Positions 9,870-19,421 are shown, counted from the first letter of the stretch. The stretch is 64,000 nt of DNA from Eubacteriales bacterium (GCA_045539625.1 JAZQFS010000042.1:171-64170); one strand, 5' to 3'. Notes: generated by a model not told the origin, from the sequence alone. Made by a program: numbers and translations.

Positions 9870-10853
9870 ATGAACAGTGTAAAAACAGAAAAGCCCGAAG
9901 GCTTTCAGTATTCAAAAGAACACAAAACAGGCAGTGAGCTTATGCACTACCACAAGCACATCGAAATTATTCACGCCTTTAGCAAAACCCAGCTGAAAAT
10001 CGAAAACGATCACGGAATATACGATTTAGCATCGGGCTCTTATGCCGTAATTATTGACTCGGAAATGCACCGTCTTGAAAATCCCTTTGACGGAGCTTTG
10101 GTGGAGAGCATCAGCTTCCCCGTTTCATTTATTACACTTTCGGGCGAAAGCTTTGTGAGAAGAAGCTTTATTATCCCGCGTGAAGCCTTAAAAAGCCGAG
10201 GAACGGCACAGGCTCTTCTTGACAGTCTTTTTTTAATGCTTCAGGAGCGCTCGGACATAAACGACACCTGCTCGGGACTTGTAAAAAGCCTTTGCTCTGC
10301 CGTTTACACCCTTCTTATCGATATGTACGACAACAGGCTTATCCGCTCCTCAAGAAGTACCCAGAGCACCTTTGTTCACGAGGGCAAGCACAAAAACATC
10401 AGCTTTGAAACGCTGCAGAAGTTTGACAGTATGCTTGACTACGTAAACAACAACTATTGCGACACAGGCATCAATCTTACTGTCCTGTCTGAATATTCAA
10501 GAATAAACAAGACCTTTCTGTCTACCCTGTTCCCCATTATTACGGGCAGCAATTTCACCCGGTATCTTCACAGATTAAGAATTGAGCACGCTATTGAGCT
10601 TATGTACGGCTTTAACAAAAACATCTCCGAAATTGCCTATTCCTGCGGTTTTGAAACAATCCGCTCCTTCAACAACGTATTCAAATCCGTTATGGGTATT
10701 ACGCCAACAGACTTTATAAGCACCGTCAAGAAAAAAGGCAATTCGGGCATTAACACCTCCATAGATGCTGTGGGCAGTAAAATTTTTGACCTCAAGTGGT
10801 TTACAAGTCACGAGGAAAGCGTACGGCTCTCATTTGACAAAAGCAACAATTAG
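9870..10853 (+). CDS. AraC family transcriptional regulator (ends at TAG 10851-10853; see in-frame continuation)
   Basis: C-terminal HTH_18 region (LTVLSEYSRINKTFLSTLFPIITGSNFTRYLHRLRIEHAIELMYGFNKNISEIAYSCGFETIRSFNNVFKSVMGITPTDF). AGGAGG lies 7 nt upstream of the ATG at 9870, preferred over 9852. Confidence 0.85.
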   Translation: MNSVKTEKPEGFQYSKEHKTGSELMHYHKHIEIIHAFSKTQLKIENDHGIYDLASGSYAVIIDSEMHRLENPFDGALVESISFPVSFITLSGESFVRRSFIIPREALKSRGTAQALLDSLFLMLQERSDINDTCSGLVKSLCSAVYTLLIDMYDNRLIRSSRSTQSTFVHEGKHKNISFETLQKFDSMLDYVNNNYCDTGINLTVLSEYSRINKTFLSTLFPIITGSNFTRYLHRLRIEHAIELMYGFNKNISEIAYSCGFETIRSFNNVFKSVMGITPTDFISTVKKKGNSGINTSIDAVGSKIFDLKWFTSHEESVRLSFDKSNN

Positions 10854-11252
10854 CTGCTTCTAAACAACGAAAACAGGTATGCCAATCAATGGTGCCACCT
10901 GATGCTGAGAATGTTATTCTTCCCCGGCAAAACCTATTATGTACGTTACAAGTCAAAGCTGCTTTTCAATTCCGTGGGCACTCCCTCGTCAAAAAACACA
11001 ACCCATATATCCTTCCAGTTCCGTGACAGCAAAACAAACAATATTTATCACTTTCCCGGAAAAACCGACGACACATACCTTGGCGACGGTTGGTTTGAGC
11101 ACGAAACATACTACACCGTTCCCGACTACTATGCCCCTTCGGTTATTGACTTTTTTTCAATTTTTTCAGAGCCCTTAGAGGATCTTGGCGTAAGCTTTAT
11201 TGTAAGTGACGTTGTGGTAAGGCTTGCAGATATGCAGCAATCTGAAAACTGA
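10854..11252 (+). other. in-frame continuation of the AraC ORF after TAG: carbohydrate-binding-module-like beta-sandwich segment (track ORF 10902..11252)
   Basis: Same frame as 9870..10853, with no further stop until 11252. The sequence ...WFTSHEESVRLSFDKSNN*LLLNNENRYANQWCHLMLRMLFFPGKTYYVRYKS...GDGWFEHETYYTVP...SFIVSDVVVRL follows the pattern of the terminal modules of the neighbouring secreted proteins (e.g. GNHAYKLVP..QTWTYF..FKAGTTYKVEFDL..SDGWVRHSFIFTV..MMDNFVVTV). Confidence 0.45.
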
Positions 11253-11291
11253 TTATAAAAACACCTGCCGTCAATTAAGACAAGCAGGTGT

Positions 11292-12128
11292 TTATCCTTC
11301 TGTGCTCTGTTTTCTGTAATGTGAGGGAGTCTGTCCCGTTTTCCTAAGGAATATATTACTGAAGTAATACTCATCGTAAAAGTTTAGGTTTTCCGCAATT
11401 TCTTTTACCTTAAGGCTTGTACCCAGCAAAAGCTCCTTTGCCGCTTCTATGCGTTTATCGAGATGGTAAGCATAAGGTGTTATTCCGTATTGTTTTTTGA
11501 AAATTCGTATAATCTGCGACTGGGACTTTTCGAGCAGCTTTTCAACCTCATCAAGAGAAAAATCCTCGGTTATACGCATATCAATATAGTCCTTGATTTT
11601 CACAGCATCACTTTGGGGGCTGCGTTTTGAATTATACTCATACATTTTAAAGAAAATTCTGTTGATTACCTCAAGCATCGTCACCGTGTGATCGGCCGTT
11701 GTGTCCTTGGCAAGCTCTATTATCTGCTCAAGGTCTTTTTTTATGTCAAGTCCGGGAAAATAGTGTGAGCCTGTAAGCTTATATGCCTCACAAAGCTTTT
11801 TGCACACAGGTCCTCTTATATTAACCCAATACTTTTTCCAAGGGTTTGAGGTGCTTGACCAGTAATGATGATTTTCTCCAACCTGGAGCATATAGGTATC
11901 TCCGCCGTGAGGATTATACCGTTCATTATCGGCACATATTACACCCTCGCCGCTTTCAACATATTCTATACACATTGTGAGAGAGTGATTTCTCAGAATT
12001 CTATAGCTTTCGGACGGAAATGTTATTCCGCAGGCAGATGTCCAGATAAGAGAGCGGCTCAGCTCCGTCTGTGAAATATAGTATATATCCTCAAAACCGC
12101 CTGAATCAGGATGCTTTTTAATTACCAC
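11292..12128 (-). CDS. AraC family transcriptional regulator (cupin-like N-terminus + HTH)
   Basis: C-terminal IKDYIDMRITEDFSLDEVEKLLEKSQSQIIRIFKKQYGITPYAYHLDKRIEAAKELLLGTSLKVKEIAENLNFYDEYYFSNIFLRKTGQTPSHYRK is a canonical AraC double HTH. Confidence 0.85.
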   Translation of the reverse strand: MVIKKHPDSGGFEDIYYISQTELSRSLIWTSACGITFPSESYRILRNHSLTMCIEYVESGEGVICADNERYNPHGGDTYMLQVGENHHYWSSTSNPWKKYWVNIRGPVCKKLCEAYKLTGSHYFPGLDIKKDLEQIIELAKDTTADHTVTMLEVINRIFFKMYEYNSKRSPQSDAVKIKDYIDMRITEDFSLDEVEKLLEKSQSQIIRIFKKQYGITPYAYHLDKRIEAAKELLLGTSLKVKEIAENLNFYDEYYFSNIFLRKTGQTPSHYRKQSTEG

Positions 12129-12161
12129 ACCTTCACCTTCTTTCTAACACATATTTATATA

Positions 12162-12187
12162 CACCGCCGCAAATTACTGCGGCGGTG
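12162..12187 (-). terminator. stem-loop downstream of the 1603-aa gene
   Basis: CACCGCCGC-n8-GCGGCGGTG, a 9-bp GC-rich stem, followed on the minus strand by a T/A-rich tract. Confidence 0.5.
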
Positions 12188-12301
12188 CATTTTAGTCAAG
12201 CTCAAAGCGGAACATCTTGGCAAAAAACATGAAAAATCATGAAAAGGAGAGTTATTAGCCAAGCCGCCGTAAGCTGAGACTCACTTTAATCCCGACACTT
12301 A

Positions 12302-15300
12302 TTACTCAACAACCGTTACAACAAAATTATCCATCATTGCAATGTAATTGGTAAATGTCGTTTTATCACCCTTGGGGTCAACAAATACGGTAAATTCATC
12401 TGTTTCACGTGCAGGACTTGCTTCGCTGACGGTAAAGATAAAGGAATGTCTTACCCAGCCGTCGGAGGTGTTCTGTGTCACAACCTCTTTATTAAGAGGA
12501 TGGTCTACCGAGCCTGTGACAGCACCGTTCTTCACGTCTGTATATCTGGGATTTACCTTTGCCGTAACGCCAACGCCTGCATTTCCGTCAAGGTCGGAAA
12601 TAATTCTCAGGTCAAATTCAACCTTATAGGTTGTGCCTGCCTTGAAGCCTGTTTTTGCTCTGAAGTATGTCCAGGTCTGCTTTTCTGATGCAGGAACAAG
12701 CTTATATGCGTGGTTACCGGCTCTCAAATCATCCTCAACTATTGTTACGGTTGTTGAGCCTGTTGTAAGATTTGCTCTGCTGTTTACGTCCTCGGCATCG
12801 GCGTTTTCAATAAAGAAGGGACCGCCCTCAAGACCTGCCTTTACAGCCTCTTCACGCTTTTTCTGCATTTCCTGCTCTGCTGCAAGATAATCCTTTGTTT
12901 CCTCATTGGGAGTTACTCGGATATAGTCGATTTCATAGAAGCCGCCGTAATTGCCGGGATCTATTCTTAAGGTTGTTACGTTTGTCGTCCACTTTTCGTT
13001 TTTGTTACAATCAAACCTTACGGTAACAAAGCCTTCGGCATCAGGTGTAAGAGACTTATAGGATGACCTGAAGGTTTTCTTTTCGTCAAGACCTGTTTCC
13101 GCTGTTGTTGCAAAATATACCGCCAAGCCGTCCGTTCCAAAGTCAACACCTTCCGAATACAAAGGTCTGTAACGTATCTCAATTACGTTGTAAACATCGG
13201 TGTTAATAAACACACCCTTATTGACTATCTGAGGATCATATCCTGTTTTATTATAGCTTACGGGAGTTGCGGTCAAAACATACTTTCCGTCTAAAACAGC
13301 ACCTGTTGCCGAGCTTGCAGTAAAGCCCTCGGTATCACCGGGAATGTTAAATTCAAAGCTGTTTTCAACCTTTTCCGTACTGATTACCTCGTCTTCTCTT
13401 ACAGTTACCTTAAGCTCGTACTCGTTTTCTTCAAGCTTATAGCCGAAGGTCTCGCAAAGCAGCTTAAAGGGTACTGTCACAATTCCGTCAACCTTATATA
13501 TGGGCTTTGCAACCGTTACGGTCTTTCCGTCAACAATTACCTTATCGCTGCCCACCTCAAGGTGCATTTTGCTTCCGTTATTGCCGAAAACATCAAGCGT
13601 TCCGTTTACTCTGTTATACTCGTAGTAAAGGTTAAGTCCCGAATAAAAGCCAAGCTTGGGTTCTGCTGCAATTAAGTATTCATTATCCAGCTTTTCAATA
13701 AAGTTTTTGCCAATCGGGAATTCCGTGCCGTCTACGTTAAGGGTATATGAGCCGATTTCCTTATCTGTCAAGAATTCAAAGCACTTAATATAGAATTTAC
13801 AAGCATACTGTGCAGGATCAAAGCGAACGCCTGTAATATCGCCCTTCCAGAATGTATTTTTGGTAAGATCAATGTAATAATCATGATATTCGCCGTCAGC
13901 AATTACATTGGAAAAAATTCCCTTATCGGCTGACCACGTTTCATTTGCTCTGTTTACGAAGTAAAGCTGAACCTGAGTAGGCTGTGTTGCTTCAAGCTTG
14001 ATGGAAAGGTGAAGCTTTGTTGCTTCATCGGCATTAAACAGAGCCACTCCTGTATTTACCGTTTTGATATTGCCGTCTGTGCCTGTGGTTTCACCTACAA
14101 GTGCCTTTTCCTGTTCATCAAAATAGATGTCTTTGCATTGGTTCATCTTACTCCAAGACAAGACGTCCTTCTGATTTTCAAAATTCCATATTTTAACAGG
14201 CTGATACTCAATGTCGGAACCTGCATCCTGCATAAATCTTTCACGCTTCATGGGAACGCTCTTTGCAGGATACAAATAGCCAAGTCTTGCCTTCTGGTTA
14301 TCTGTAGGCTCAACGTCAAAGTGTGCTTTATCGTCCTTACCTGCAACAGAGGAGAATACTGCACGGTTACAGTCAACATAGCCGAACTTATTGAGGTTTG
14401 AAGGCATAATATAATGTCCTTCGCCGTATTCGTTCCAGGTTGTATGGAACACCATCTTGCTTATCCAGCTATTCTCTGCCCTTTCGGCAATGAGAGGAAT
14501 ATAAGTATCCTTTGACCACTCCATAACCTCTCTGTGTGCTTCAACCGTTGCAAGAGGAGCTCTTTCCTCTGTCCAGCCTATATCATTGAAGCCAACGCCG
14601 ATTGCGGGAACAAGCGGTACACCGTTCATATTATACGCCTTCATCATAGCATCCTTCTGATACTGTGCGTCGTACGCAAATTCTCCGAAGGTATAGCTGA
14701 GAAGTCCTTCAAAGCTAAGCTCCTTTGCCTTGTTCATCATTTCTTCGGTATAGCCGTTAAAGGTAGGACAGCCAAAAAGCACAACGCCGTCATAGCCAAG
14801 GCGCTTTATATCCTCGTTCATAAAGGCTACAGCTTGCTTTGCACTCTCCATACCGCCCATATTTTTAACGAAGATATCCAGACTGTAAATGGTAATGGGT
14901 GCTCTGTTTTCAATTCTCAGGTATCTTGAATCGTTAAAGTACCATTCGCACCAATAGGGCCAAACGTAGTTATAGAAAAAGTCGGGATTGCTGTAAGTAC
15001 AGCTCTGGTTTTCCCACATAATCATCATATCCATCATATCGGAATACTTTGCGTTCATAAAGCCGTTTGTGATAGCATCCGAAAGGCGGGTATCCTTAAT
15101 AGGCTCACTGCCAAGTGCACCCAAATACCAGCAGTAATGCTGGAAGTCATAGCCGTGTTCAACAAAGAACTTGATTTCCCAGTCGGCAACTTCAGGCAGA
15201 CCTTCATCATAGTAGCCGAGAACAGGGGTGATTTCGTCATAGGGTGAAATGCAGTCCCAGCCGTAGTGAGAGCCTTCTCTCCACAGCGAGCATACGCTCA

Positions 15301-17086
15301 TACCAACAAGCCACTCGTCGTCTGTTACGGGAACAGGCTTTGCTACGTAGTCTGCGTAATCATACACATTATACAATTCAACGTCGTCAAACCAAAGCAC
15401 GTCGCTGCCGCTGTTTACGATTTCAATACCGTCAACTGCATCTGCCGAAAGGTCAACCGTTGCAAACACTTTATTATTGAGCTTGATAACAGCTTTATCC
15501 GCTTCTGTATCGCCTTCGATTCTTACCGACTGCCAGCTTCTTGCGTCAAATTCACGAAGGAGCTTGCCGTTACAGGTGAATTTCTGAGCATCAAATTCTA
15601 TCTTCAATGCATCATTTGCACCGTTTTTAAGTGCAACGTAGCCCTTACCCTGCTTTGTGGGAAGAAGAAAGGTTTCGTACACGAATTTTCCGTTGACAGG
15701 AGCAAACTTCTTGCTTGCACTGCCCGCACCGTCAAGCTTTACGCTGTTTGTATCATAATCCGAGCTCTTAATGTTTTCAACAGTAGTTTTTCCGCTTACA
15801 TTCCAGCCCCATGGCGTCTCACCCAAATTTGAATAGAAGAAGGAGTCGTTAACGTCATAGTTAACATACATCTTTGTCTTTGACGCAGTTAAAGCAAGCT
15901 TATCCTCTTTTGTTGTGGCATAGCTCATTCTTGCAAGGTCTTTTGCAGACTTATTCATGGAAAATGTACCTATATTTTTACCGTCTGCAACAACTGTCGC
16001 CTCATCTTTATCAAGGTCAAGCTCAAAATACAGCTTTTTCAGCTTTGTATATTCACTTACCGCCGTGTTTGTCGCCTGCTCTTTATCTCCAAAAGCCACA
16101 TACTTACCGTCGGTAATACACAGCTTGAACAAATCTGTTCCCTCTGAGTCGGTAAAGATAACCTCAGCTCCGTTATCCGAGCTTGCCGTAAACGCAGACT
16201 CAACCTTAACGATGCCTTTTGTCTGAACGGTTACATCTCTGTGAAGAGCTGTTCTTGCCTTATCTGATACATCGGAAATGGAGTTTGAGGTTTTTTCCTC
16301 GGTGCTTACCACCATTGTTCCCATATTCTCATATCTCCAGCCGGAGGCAACCATGGTTGTTCCTCGAACAGTTCTCACCATTGTCATATCATCAATGAGG
16401 TAAACTGCCTGTTCTCTATTGCCGTATTCCTTTAAAGTGCCCGATACTCTGTTTTCGGGAAGTGCAACTCTATTGATAATTGCGCTTGTTTCGCTTCTCT
16501 TGATTGAGTTTGTAGCATAGAAGTTACCGTAATCGTCAGAGCCGAGAACAACACCTGCACGGTAGAGCATCATAAGCTCATCATAGTAATCTTCTGTTTC
16601 TGCTACGTCGGGAATATCCTTAATATCGTTTTTAGGTGTGAAATAGCTTTCGGGCATTGCATTTGCAAAGAGAAGAGCCATTTCGTATCTCATAATATTG
16701 CGGTCATAGTTTGTGTACTGATTTTCCTCTATAAGACCGTTAGCCTTAGCATATTCGACATACATATCATACCACTTGCCGCCTGTTTTTTCGGCAATTG
16801 TCTTACCGTTATAAATGGAATGTACACATGTTGCCATTGTAATACCTTCGGCAACGGTAACATTTCCTTCGGGAACATAAAGAGTGTCGCTCTTACCGTT
16901 TACAAAACCAAGTTCATATGCACTTTTTACATCAGAAGCATACCATGCCGTGCTTTTTACATCTGCAAACTGACCGTCTGTGTAGGTATTTGTTTTGGTA
17001 AAGCCCTTTGCCTGGGAAGCGGTAACAAGTGCCGCTGCTGCAAGTGACACCGAAAGAATTGCTTTAAGCATTTTGTTCTTAATCAT
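12302..17086 (-). CDS. SLH-anchored giant surface protein with a GH99-like/WbsX-like central domain and several CBM-like beta-sandwich modules
   Basis: Signal peptide MIKNKMLKAILSVSLAAAALVTASQA; start at 17086 is preferred (AAGGAG 6 nt upstream). Three SLH-type repeats (FADVKSTAWYASDVKSAYELGFVNGKSD...). The central region (VGMSVCSLWREG...PVLGYYDEGLPEVADWEIKFFVEHGYDF...HTTWNEYGEGHYIMPS) is paralogous to the 370-aa GH99-like protein at 19704..20816. There is a copper-amine-oxidase-N-like stalk (VDGKTVTVAKPIYKVDGIVTVPFKLL) and a terminal CBM-like module. Confidence 0.85.
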   Translation of the reverse strand: MIKNKMLKAILSVSLAAAALVTASQAKGFTKTNTYTDGQFADVKSTAWYASDVKSAYELGFVNGKSDTLYVPEGNVTVAEGITMATCVHSIYNGKTIAEKTGGKWYDMYVEYAKANGLIEENQYTNYDRNIMRYEMALLFANAMPESYFTPKNDIKDIPDVAETEDYYDELMMLYRAGVVLGSDDYGNFYATNSIKRSETSAIINRVALPENRVSGTLKEYGNREQAVYLIDDMTMVRTVRGTTMVASGWRYENMGTMVVSTEEKTSNSISDVSDKARTALHRDVTVQTKGIVKVESAFTASSDNGAEVIFTDSEGTDLFKLCITDGKYVAFGDKEQATNTAVSEYTKLKKLYFELDLDKDEATVVADGKNIGTFSMNKSAKDLARMSYATTKEDKLALTASKTKMYVNYDVNDSFFYSNLGETPWGWNVSGKTTVENIKSSDYDTNSVKLDGAGSASKKFAPVNGKFVYETFLLPTKQGKGYVALKNGANDALKIEFDAQKFTCNGKLLREFDARSWQSVRIEGDTEADKAVIKLNNKVFATVDLSADAVDGIEIVNSGSDVLWFDDVELYNVYDYADYVAKPVPVTDDEWLVGMSVCSLWREGSHYGWDCISPYDEITPVLGYYDEGLPEVADWEIKFFVEHGYDFQHYCWYLGALGSEPIKDTRLSDAITNGFMNAKYSDMMDMMIMWENQSCTYSNPDFFYNYVWPYWCEWYFNDSRYLRIENRAPITIYSLDIFVKNMGGMESAKQAVAFMNEDIKRLGYDGVVLFGCPTFNGYTEEMMNKAKELSFEGLLSYTFGEFAYDAQYQKDAMMKAYNMNGVPLVPAIGVGFNDIGWTEERAPLATVEAHREVMEWSKDTYIPLIAERAENSWISKMVFHTTWNEYGEGHYIMPSNLNKFGYVDCNRAVFSSVAGKDDKAHFDVEPTDNQKARLGYLYPAKSVPMKRERFMQDAGSDIEYQPVKIWNFENQKDVLSWSKMNQCKDIYFDEQEKALVGETTGTDGNIKTVNTGVALFNADEATKLHLSIKLEATQPTQVQLYFVNRANETWSADKGIFSNVIADGEYHDYYIDLTKNTFWKGDITGVRFDPAQYACKFYIKCFEFLTDKEIGSYTLNVDGTEFPIGKNFIEKLDNEYLIAAEPKLGFYSGLNLYYEYNRVNGTLDVFGNNGSKMHLEVGSDKVIVDGKTVTVAKPIYKVDGIVTVPFKLLCETFGYKLEENEYELKVTVREDEVISTEKVENSFEFNIPGDTEGFTASSATGAVLDGKYVLTATPVSYNKTGYDPQIVNKGVFINTDVYNVIEIRYRPLYSEGVDFGTDGLAVYFATTAETGLDEKKTFRSSYKSLTPDAEGFVTVRFDCNKNEKWTTNVTTLRIDPGNYGGFYEIDYIRVTPNEETKDYLAAEQEMQKKREEAVKAGLEGGPFFIENADAEDVNSRANLTTGSTTVTIVEDDLRAGNHAYKLVPASEKQTWTYFRAKTGFKAGTTYKVEFDLRIISDLDGNAGVGVTAKVNPRYTDVKNGAVTGSVDHPLNKEVVTQNTSDGWVRHSFIFTVSEASPARETDEFTVFVDPKGDKTTFTNYIAMMDNFVVTVVE

Positions 17087-17107
17087 ATTCTTCTCCTTAT
17101 TTTGGGG

Positions 17108-17140
17108 AAGCAAGGCAGAAATTATGCTTCTGCCCTGCTT
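17108..17140 (-). promoter_or_regulatory. intercistronic stem-loop between the 747-aa and 1603-aa genes (no T-run)
   Basis: AAGCAAGGCAGAA-n7-TTCTGCCCTGCTT, a 13-bp stem with one mismatch. It fills most of the 62-nt gap between the stop at 17149 and the start at 17086. Confidence 0.35.
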
Positions 17141-17148
17141 ATTGTCTT

Positions 17149-19392
17149 TTAAAGCTCTTCGCCTGCAAGTATTTTATCTACTGCATCCTTGAAAGACTCA
17201 TATTTATCAGATGCCTTAAGTCTTTCAGCAACCTCATAAATACTTGCGGACATTGCTTCGCCGTAGGTTACATTTTCGCCAATCTTTACATAAGGTCTTA
17301 CAACGATTACGTCCTTATACATATTTGCGGGAATGTTATATACAACTGCTGTAAAGAAGGTTTCATTTTCCTTCGTTTCAAAGATTCTGTCTACCTTTTT
17401 ATCTCCTACCGTACCGTAGCTTACGCCCTGTACATAGTGTGTACCCTTTGTAAGGTTTATGTTTTCCATTGTGAAGTCTGACTTTTCAACGCCAAGAGTT
17501 GTAAGAATTGTCTGTCTTGTTACAATATAGCCGTATTCCGCAAGGTCTGCGTTTTCTCTTACAAGCTTATGAACACTTGCCTTGAAGCGAAGTCCCGAGG
17601 GATCGTCTACACGGATTGAGTTTTCGCTGTAGGAAGTGGGTGCATTGATAGGCTGATAGTAAACCTTGAAGTTATCGGCAAAAAGTCTGTAGCGTGTCTG
17701 AGTTGTACTGGCAGAAGCTACAGTGTAGCTGAAGCCCATGGCAAAAAGTGTATCCTTATCATACGCTCTGGCTGAGCCGCCGTTAAAATAAACATTACCG
17801 TCATAAACAACTATCTGCTGAGCCTGAACATAAGTGGTTTTTCCCTTTTCAAGGTCAATCTTTGAACCTGCAATATCGGCAGTCTTTGTTGTTCCGTTTG
17901 TTGTCTTTTTCGCTTTAACATAGGGTGAAACCTTTACGTATTTTACAAGGTCATTGGCTTCAACGGTAAACTCTGCATACATTGTATAAATACCGTCTGC
18001 AAAGGTCTTGGTTGTGTCAGAAAGCTGCAAAGTCATATTAGGCCATACTTCACCGTCTGCTTTTGCATTTGTATCACCGGCAGATACAAATTCGTCGTCA
18101 AGTGCCGAAATGTCCTTGAGTTCGTAGTTTGCTCTTGAAAGTCCCTGTGTTGTAAACTGAATATCGCAAGGAATTGCATTGCTGTACGCTTCGCCCTTAT
18201 AACCGCCTGAGGTTTCAAGTGTCTTATTCTGGAAATGAGTGTAATGTATACCGTGATTGAAGTGTGCGTGAAACAGAAGCTTTCCTCCTGCAGGTACTTC
18301 TGTGGGAGCATAATAGTTATCGTCCCAGATTGCGTAAAGTGTTGTATGTTCGCTCAATGTAATGGAGGTTACAACCTTACCCTTGGGTGATGTTGCCCAA
18401 CCTACAAAGCGGCTTGTGCCCACATCACTCAGCTTTGTTGCCGAAAGGTCAAGTGTTCCCTTCTGTGCCGTAAGCTTTGCGGGAAGATCTGTAACTGTTT
18501 TGCCGTTTGCATCAAATGTCACAACTGCGTGTGTGGGTGCACATTCAAGAGGCTTGTAGTACATCTGCAGATTATCAATATATACATAGGAAGTTGATGC
18601 AGCCGTAAACTTAGGAATAAAAATAAGTCCGAATTTCTTCACGGTAGAATTTGTATAAGTCTGAACTGCAGCCAATGCTCCCGAGTTATTGTAAACATAC
18701 GCCTTGCCCTCATATACAAAAACGTCCATGGACATATATGTTGCTGTGCCGTTTACTGTATCAAGATTCTTTTTGTATGCTGTGCCAAGTCCACTATCAC
18801 CGCCGTTATAAAACAGTGCGCTGTACTGAACATATTCAAGGTTTGTGTTGGGATTTACGGAAAGCTCTGCACAGATTGTGTAGTGACCGTCTGCAAAAGC
18901 ATTATTTTCACCGTCACCTGCTCTGAAGTAAAACAGAGGATAATTTTCACCTGCGGCTGTTGCCGTGTTTTTAATAGCAAGTGCATCGTCTGCAGTTGTA
19001 AAGCCTGTGTTTGAAACAGAAGCATATTCTCCCGCTGTTGCACTTTGCCAGTCAATATAAATTTTATTATTGCCGTTTGTTCCCGTAACAATTGAGGGTA
19101 CTGTGCCGTTTTCGTTAAAATCAGCACCGTATGTACCGTATTTTGTTACTGCCTGATAGTTTGCAATTGCTGCACCGTTATTATAGGGCACATCAAATAC
19201 AAGCTTACTGCCTTCGGGAATGGTGTAGCTCTCCATTGAAAGCTCTGCCTGTTCCTCACCAACCTCCGGCAAAGTCGGTACATCTACCGCTTCACTTGTT
19301 GTTTCAACCGTTCCTACCATAGTGGGTGCCGCATAGGACAGAGTTGATAAAAGCATCACTAATGCAAGAATTAAGCTAAAATTTCTTTTCAT
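17149..19392 (-). CDS. secreted modular protein (two beta-sandwich modules, Listeria-Bacteroides-type repeat, conserved C-terminal domain)
   Basis: Signal peptide MKRNFSLILALVMLLSTLSYAAP. Modules end IDNLQMYYKP and ADNFKVYYQP. Repeat: VVTFDANGKTVTDLP...FVGWATSPKGKVVTSITLSEHTTLYAIWDD. The C-terminal domain SYSENSIRVDDPSGLRFKASV...VIVVRPYVKIGENVTYGEAM is shared with 7362..9542. Confidence 0.8.
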   Translation of the reverse strand: MKRNFSLILALVMLLSTLSYAAPTMVGTVETTSEAVDVPTLPEVGEEQAELSMESYTIPEGSKLVFDVPYNNGAAIANYQAVTKYGTYGADFNENGTVPSIVTGTNGNNKIYIDWQSATAGEYASVSNTGFTTADDALAIKNTATAAGENYPLFYFRAGDGENNAFADGHYTICAELSVNPNTNLEYVQYSALFYNGGDSGLGTAYKKNLDTVNGTATYMSMDVFVYEGKAYVYNNSGALAAVQTYTNSTVKKFGLIFIPKFTAASTSYVYIDNLQMYYKPLECAPTHAVVTFDANGKTVTDLPAKLTAQKGTLDLSATKLSDVGTSRFVGWATSPKGKVVTSITLSEHTTLYAIWDDNYYAPTEVPAGGKLLFHAHFNHGIHYTHFQNKTLETSGGYKGEAYSNAIPCDIQFTTQGLSRANYELKDISALDDEFVSAGDTNAKADGEVWPNMTLQLSDTTKTFADGIYTMYAEFTVEANDLVKYVKVSPYVKAKKTTNGTTKTADIAGSKIDLEKGKTTYVQAQQIVVYDGNVYFNGGSARAYDKDTLFAMGFSYTVASASTTQTRYRLFADNFKVYYQPINAPTSYSENSIRVDDPSGLRFKASVHKLVRENADLAEYGYIVTRQTILTTLGVEKSDFTMENINLTKGTHYVQGVSYGTVGDKKVDRIFETKENETFFTAVVYNIPANMYKDVIVVRPYVKIGENVTYGEAMSASIYEVAERLKASDKYESFKDAVDKILAGEEL

Positions 19393-19421
19393 GGTTGTTT
19401 ACTCCTTTTATTCTTTATTTT

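Noticed and set aside
8862-10853. Stop-codon reassignment, or pyrrolysine/selenocysteine-type recoding, as an explanation for the in-frame TAA (8862) and TAG (10851).
   Set aside because: TAA, TAG and TGA all terminate many well-delimited genes in this window at positions consistent with family lengths. No pyl or sel machinery or recoding signals are visible. Pseudogenisation or sequencing error is the simpler explanation.
17087-17113. Upstream start (17113, MLPQNKEKN...) for the 1603-aa ORF, and similar N-terminal extensions in the track for 5860..7281, 41426..42826, 55428..56186, 57888..58853, 62517..63029 and 60925..61320.
   Set aside because: Internal ATG codons are preceded by good AGGAGG-like RBSs. 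They also give N-termini typical for the family or a proper signal peptide. The extensions overlap hairpins or upstream genes.
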